Shown here one piece after another: positions 58,536 to 64,000 of a stretch of DNA of 64,000 bases (positions within the stretch are counted from its first letter, which is position 1; every line of letters begins with the position of its first letter). Below the pieces are notes generated by a model. That model saw only the letters and a list, made by a program, of their open reading frames with translations, ran no database searches and had not been told where the DNA came from. The translations under genes and the position numbers were made by a program. Source of the DNA: an uncultured Chloroflexia bacterium (lineage in GTDB: Bacteria > Chloroflexota > Anaerolineae > CG2-30-64-16); the NCBI GenBank assembly GCA_963810095.1, contig CAWEMM010000001.1:1-64000 (forward strand), given 5' to 3'.

Positions 58536-59674
58536 AGCCGCGTATCTTGATCGACGGGATCGCCGTATCGCATCCGCAGCCGGGCGGATACAAGACGTAT
58601 GCCACGAACCTGGTGCGGAGCCTGGCCGCAGTCGATTCAACGCACGACTATGTCGTCGCAGTCGACCGCCCACTGCACGACGCCCTGCCAGGCTGCCAGG
58701 TCGAGGTCGCGGGCCGACCGGGGAGCGCCGGCGTGGTGTGGCGCGAGCAGGTTCAGCTGCCCCCGGCTGGCAGGCGCCAGGGTGCACGCCGACTTGCTCC
58801 ACTGCCCCGCCGCGACGGCGCCCGCTTATACCGGGAGGCCGCTTGTCGTTACGCTTTACGATGCAATCGAGTTCACCGACCCGCTGCCTTCGCCCAGGCA
58901 AACGAAACGCTGGGCAATCCGCGTCTACAGCCGGCTGGCGCAGCGCCGAGCCGGGCGATACGCCCAACAAGTCCTGACCGTGTCAGAGTACTCGAGGAAG
59001 CAGATCGCCGCGCACTTGATGATGCCGGCGGAGAAGATCACCGTAACTTACCCGGCTCATGCGGCTTCCTTCCGGCCGCTGGAGCGCAGCACTACGGCCG
59101 GGGCAGTTCGCCACGACTTCGGCGTGGCGGACTACGTGCTCGCCATCGCGTCGGCCGCGCCGCGCAGAACACCCACGGGTTACTCGTGGCGTATGCGGCG
59201 CTGCCCGCGTCTTTGCGCACCGAGCACCCGCTCCTGTTGGTCTGCACGCACAAGGGCCTCCAGCCGCGCCTCGAAGTGGCGGTCCGCGAGCTGGGCCTGG
59301 AGGGCTCGGTATGCTACGCCGAGCAGGTGACAGACGTCGACTTGGTCCGACTCTACAACGCGGCCGCTGTGTTTGCCTTCCCTTCGCTGCAGGAAGGGTT
59401 TGGCCTGCCGCCTCTCGAAGCGATGGCTTGCGGCGCGCCCGTTGTCGCTTCGCGCTGCAGCTCACTACCGGAAGTCGTTGGCGACGCAGGACTTCTCGTC
59501 ACGCCGGGCAATCCGGCGGAACTGACCGGCACGCTGGCCCGCATCCTATCCGATCGGACATTGGCCGCCTCGCTGCGACAGCTTGGCATCGTGCGCGCCG
59601 GCCAGTTTTCCTGGGCAGTTGCCGCGGCGCGCACGGTCGCAGTGTACGACAAGATCATCGCCGCATGCTGCTGA
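58529..59674 (+). CDS. Glycosyltransferase, GT4 family; compensating indels
   Basis: GGYKTYA N-terminus; FPSLQEGFGLPPLEAMACG. Confidence 0.85.
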   Translation: MVKPRILIDGIAVSHPQPGGYKTYATNLVRSLAAVDSTHDYVVAVDRPLHDALPGCQVEVAGRPGSAGVVWREQVQLPPAGRRQGARRLAPLPRRDGARLYREAACRYALRCNRVHRPAAFAQANETLGNPRLQPAGAAPSRAIRPTSPDRVRVLEEADRRALDDAGGEDHRNLPGSCGFLPAAGAQHYGRGSSPRLRRGGLRARHRVGRAAQNTHGLLVAYAALPASLRTEHPLLLVCTHKGLQPRLEVAVRELGLEGSVCYAEQVTDVDLVRLYNAAAVFAFPSLQEGFGLPPLEAMACGAPVVASRCSSLPEVVGDAGLLVTPGNPAELTGTLARILSDRTLAASLRQLGIVRAGQFSWAVAAARTVAVYDKIIAACC

Positions 59675-59734
59675 CCCGGTTGCCATCGGTGCTCAGCCGA
59701 AGTCGCTGGCACGCTCCGATGAAATGCCCAACCC

Positions 59735-61157
59735 GTGTCCAAGCGACTACCCACTGATCCGACCCGGATGCCCGACCCCGTAGACGCGCCCGCTTCGGCC
59801 CCGAGCATCACGCTTACCCGAGTGCTCCTCGCCACGATTATCCTCACGGCGCTGATTATACGCGTTGCGGTCGGCCTGTACCTCGGCAACGGGATCGATG
59901 ACGTTCGTGGAGGCACGGCGGACCAGCTGTCATACGACATGCTGGCCCAGCGACTCATATCCGGTCATGGCTTCAGCTTCCCTACCGAGTGGTGGCCGTA
60001 CGCCCACGCGAACCAGCCGACGGCCTTCTGGTCCTACCTTTACACGCTCTACCTCGCCGCCGTCTACTTCCTCTTCGGGCACCAGCCCATGCTGGCGCGG
60101 CTTCTGCAGGCGTCGTTGGTTGCAGTCGCCCTACCCGTGCTGCTCTATCGCCTGGGAAAGCGTGCATTCGACGTCCAGGTCGGGCTCATTGCCGCTGCGA
60201 TCTCGGCCGTCTACCTGTACTTTGCGCTCTACGCGGCCTCCCTGATGACCGAAGCCCTATACATCGTCGGCATCCTGTGGGCCACCGATGCAGCGCTACG
60301 ACTCCTGGACCGGGTGAGAGCCGGCTGGCGATACTGGCCCACGGCCCTTGAGCTTGGCCTCGCGATGGCAATCACGCTCATGCTGCGGCAGTTGGTCGCA
60401 GCTTACTTCCTGCCGCTGCTGCTCTGGCTCGCCGTGAGTGCGCTGCGCCGTAGCCGCGTGCCCACGATGCTCATCGCGCTGACGATTGCCGGTGCGGTCC
60501 TCCTCGGCCTGGTCGCGCCCATCCTCGTCCGCAATCAGCGCACCTTCGGCGCAGCGACGTTGCTGAACACCAACTCAGGGTTCACGCTGTTCTGGAGCAA
60601 CCACCCGATCTACGGCACCCACTTCGTGCCGACGCTGCCGCCCGAGGGAGGCGTCTCATACCAGGACCTGATCCCCGTCGACCTGCGATCGCTGAACGAA
60701 GCCGAGCTAGACCGGGCCCTGCTCAAGCGGGCCATCGAGTTTCTGCAGGCCGATCCCGCGCGCTTCGCGTTGCTGAGCCTGAGTCGCGTTCGGGTCTACT
60801 TCATATTCTGGCCGACGCCGCGACTCGTCACTGCTGAGCAACGCGGCACGCGTACTGAGCTTCGGCGTTTTCCTGCCCGCCATGCTGTACGGCATCGTCC
60901 GCGTTGGGATGGCCTACCGCGGCCGTAATCGCCGCCAACCTGCGGCTCGCGAACCGGCAGCCATCGATTGGAGCGTCGTCGGCATTTGCGGGCTGTTCAT
61001 CGTGCTTTACACGATGCTGCACCTGGTTTCCTGGGCGAACGTGCGGTACCGTCTGCCCGTTGATGCCTTCCTAATCCTGTTCGCGGCTTACGGCATCCAG
61101 GACCTGCTCCTCCGACTCAAGCGCGCAGGGACCTTGCATGTTGAGGAACCACGTTGA
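59735..61157 (+). CDS. GT-C fold (ArnT/PMT-like) membrane glycosyltransferase; indel near 60820
   Basis: DQLSYDMLA, PTAFW..LY, MTEALY and RYRLPVD motifs; many TMs. Confidence 0.8.
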
Positions 61158-61864
61158 ACTACGACGAAGCTGCGCTCCAGCGCGTTCGTGAAGACCGTCT
61201 GCTATTAGCTGCGCTCGACGAGTGGCTGTATGAGGAGATGGAGCCGCATCTTGGGCAGCGGATCCTCGAAATCGGCTGCGGCTTGGGCAACTTCGCCCGC
61301 CACCTGACAGATCGCGCTCTGTACGTGGGCTTGGAAATCGATGACGACAGCATTTGCCGCTTTCGCGCCGACTTCGCGGGCTACGCCAACGTTCGCGCAT
61401 TGGCGCTCGACATCGGCACGCCGGCCTATGCGGGCTTGGCCGACTACGATTTTGACACGGTCTTCTCGCTCAACGTCTTCGAGCACATCAAAGATGACGC
61501 ACGGGCGCTTCGGCATGCCGCGGCCGTCTTGCGGCCTGGCGGCCGGCTGTTGCTGGTCGTTCCCGCGCACGGCTGGCTGTACGGGGCCCTGGACCGCTCA
61601 ATTGGGCACCACCGGCGTTACGACAAAGTGATGGCCGCACGGCTGTTCGAGCAGGCCAGTATCGCTCCGGTCCAGATGAAATACATGAATCCCCTGGGGG
61701 CGCTCGGTTGGTTTGTGAACGGAAGGCTCCGAGCGCAGGCCACCCCGCCCTCGGGCCAGTTGCGTCTGTTCGACCGCCTCGTGCCTGCACTTAAGAAGAT
61801 CGAAAAGCGCGTGCCTATGCCTTTCGGCATATCGCTCCTTGCAGTGGGGCGGAAAGCCGGATGA
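61154..61864 (+). CDS. Class I SAM-dependent methyltransferase
   Basis: ILEIGCGLG, NVFEHI, LRPGG and GHHRRY motifs. Confidence 0.9.
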   Translation: MNYDEAALQRVREDRLLLAALDEWLYEEMEPHLGQRILEIGCGLGNFARHLTDRALYVGLEIDDDSICRFRADFAGYANVRALALDIGTPAYAGLADYDFDTVFSLNVFEHIKDDARALRHAAAVLRPGGRLLLVVPAHGWLYGALDRSIGHHRRYDKVMAARLFEQASIAPVQMKYMNPLGALGWFVNGRLRAQATPPSGQLRLFDRLVPALKKIEKRVPMPFGISLLAVGRKAG

Positions 61865-61904
61865 GCGGTCGTTCGAACTTCGCCACGCGTGGGGACGAGC
61901 CCGG

Positions 61905-63092
61905 ATGACCGAACGGATCACCTACGCGCTCCTCTCGCCGACCTTCGGCATGCACCAGTACACGGCCGACCTGGCGCGACGCGCGCGCGGCGAGACCTGC
62001 ACCAAAGGGTGCGGGTGGTCACGACTGCGACGCTCCCCGAAGGCCGGTACGAGCCGGGGGCCGAGTTGGTGATGCCCGTCGCGACCCATGGCACCGGATT
62101 CTCGGCCGAGGGAGCAAACGTCGCCGCGTACCGGGCCGCGCGCAGTGCGCTGCTGGCGGCAGGCCGGGAGGGTCCGGTCCACTTCACCGGTGTCCACCTC
62201 TGGAACGTGCCCCTGGTCCGACGCGCTGCGCCGGCAGGGAACGCCCGTAGTCCACACGCTGCACGACCTCGCACCCCACAGCGGCGTGCGGCGGGGCCGC
62301 TTGATCCGGGCCTGGAACCGGCTGATCGTCACATCGGGCGCGACCATTCTCGTGCACGGCGAGTGCTACCTGCGGCAGTTGCTGGCCCAGGGCGTTGCGC
62401 CCGATCGGCTTGCCTGCGCACCGCTGCTGCACGGGTTCTGGGGCTGGGAGGCCGAGGAACGCCTGCGACTCGGGGGCGTTTTGCCTCCCGGGGCCCAGCG
62501 GCATCCGGAAAAGGTGCAGCGCGATGGCCCGATCGTAATCTTCTTCGGAAGGTTGGAGTGGTACAAGGGAATCGATACGCTGTTGGAAGCGTGGACCCGG
62601 CTGGGGCAGGTTGAGGGCGGCAGGCTGGGTCCCGAGGCGCCCCGCCTGATCCTCGCGGGCCGTTTAGCCGACGGCTTGACGCTCCCCGCACTGCCGCCCC
62701 GTGTCGAACTTCGCAATCGCCGTATCCCTGACGACGAGGCGCTCGATCTGTTCGGCCGGGCCAGCCTCCTCGTCCTGCCCTACCTGGACGCCACCCAATC
62801 GGCCCTCATCGCCGCGGCCGCCCGACTCGGCGTCCCCTGCATCGTCACCCGCACGGGCGCACTGCCCGAATATGTCGTGCATGGGTCGACCGGGTGGATC
62901 GTGCCGCCCAAGGATCCCGCCGCACTCGCAGAAGGGCTCGTCAGTGCGCTGGGCGACCCCGCCGGCCTGCAGGCTGTGGGCCGGGCGGCCCGGGCATGGT
63001 ATGAGGATGCCCGCCGGTTAGAGCTAACCGCCCTAAGCTCGCTCTATTTCGCTTCATCACAGCCGGTCAACTTGGCTGAAGTTCCGGCTTAA
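61905..63092 (+). CDS. Glycosyltransferase, GT4 family; indels
   Basis: FGMHQYTADL N-terminus; TLHD..PH, FFGRLEWYKG and LPYLDATQS motifs. Confidence 0.8.
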
Positions 63093-63120
63093 GCCCACCC
63101 GTCACCCAAAGGATCTGGCC

Positions 63121-64000
63121 GTGCTCAAGGAGCGTCTTTCCCCCGACGACGCCCGCGGCGACAGGACACCTCGCGCGCCCACACGCACGCTCGAGCGAGT
63201 ACATTTGCCGTCACTGGGCCTGCGTTCGTCCGAGCGGCTGATGCTGCTCGCGCTTGTCGACGTGGCGCTGCTCATCGCCTCCCTCGCCATCGCGATCAAT
63301 ACCCGCACATCCTGGCTTGAAGCACCCAACGCCTTCTTCAATCTCTGGCGCTGGTGGGTCACCTTGGCGTTTGTCTGGTGGGTCACCTCTCAGGTGCTGG
63401 GGGCGTACGACCTGGCCCGGGCCGCCAGCGCGCCGCACAGTATATTAGCAGCTGGCAGCGCAGCCGCGCTCACCGTCCTCATCTACCAGATGATCCCGGT
63501 GATTACGCCTCCGCTGGGCTCCCGAGGGCTGAGCCTGCTCTTCGCCGCCCTGGCCGTCGTTGCGATAGCAGTCTGGCGCGGACTGTACGCCGTTCTGTTT
63601 GTCCAGCCCGCGTTCGAGACGTGTGCACTGGTCCTCGGCGCGGGACGCTCGGGCACTGCGCTTGCGGCCGCGCTGGCGCCTGAGCGCCGTGAACGCACGC
63701 CTAACCCCTACCATGGCACCGGATACCGGATTGTCGGCTTCGTGGACGACAATGCGGCCCGACAGGGCGACCGGATCGGCCGGGCGGAAGTCCTGGGTAC
63801 GAGCACCGATCTTCTCCGGCTCGCCCGAGAGTACCACGTGGACGAAGTCATCCTCGCGATCACGCATCGTGAAGCCATGCACCAGGCTGCATTCGACGCG
63901 TTGATGGCGTGTCGCGAAGAGGGTTACCACGTGACGACGATGGAGGCCGTTTACGAGCGCGTGCTGGGCCGTGTCTCGGTGGAGCATTGCGGACGGAACA
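63121..64000 (+). CDS. Priming undecaprenyl-phosphate sugar transferase (WcaJ/WbaP-like), truncated by the window end
   Basis: Frame open from GTG 63121 (absent from the ORF track because no stop): TMs, LVLGAGRSG, YRIVGFVDD, VDEVILA, YERVLGRV. Confidence 0.85.
   Translation, partial: MLKERLSPDDARGDRTPRAPTRTLERVHLPSLGLRSSERLMLLALVDVALLIASLAIAINTRTSWLEAPNAFFNLWRWWVTLAFVWWVTSQVLGAYDLARAASAPHSILAAGSAAALTVLIYQMIPVITPPLGSRGLSLLFAALAVVAIAVWRGLYAVLFVQPAFETCALVLGAGRSGTALAAALAPERRERTPNPYHGTGYRIVGFVDDNAARQGDRIGRAEVLGTSTDLLRLAREYHVDEVILAITHREAMHQAAFDALMACREEGYHVTTMEAVYERVLGRVSVEHCGRN

Overview
High-GC bacterial chromosomal window, most likely Chloroflexota (Anaerolineae/Caldilineae-like; inferred from gene content, the Der insert, FLPxV motifs and repeat types). 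Many genes carry single-base indels typical of an unpolished long-read assembly. Layout: (1) 1-4660, a small accessory block (DUF389, HAD, DUF1345, SulP) ending at an att/res-like repeat cluster. (2) 4.9-16.8 kb, a minus-strand run: SigW-like sigma, anti-sigma, bactofilin-like membrane protein, membrane protein, cdaA, cdaR, der, M28 peptidase, aminotransferase, hflX, HAD. (3) 17-37 kb, mixed housekeeping genes: dNK-MazG fusion, dNK, PHP, DUF362, EF-G paralog, amidohydrolase, ferredoxin, phosphatase-methyltransferase fusion, uvsE, PatB, three tRNAs including Arg-GCG, DeaD and T-box-controlled serS. (4) 37.8-64 kb, a large glycan locus (wzm/wzt, many glycosyltransferases, two O-antigen-ligase-like proteins, a GT-C enzyme, a B12 radical SAM enzyme, a priming sugar transferase). 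The most notable unexplained signal is a family of ~95-bp imperfect palindromes with 9-nt periodicity. Three copies are intergenic, two of them bracketing hflX. A fourth lies inside the radical SAM gene and carries a near-perfect 46-bp palindrome; deleting its single extra T also restores the reading frame. At least five other REP/MITE-like families are present, and no transposase is encoded in the window.
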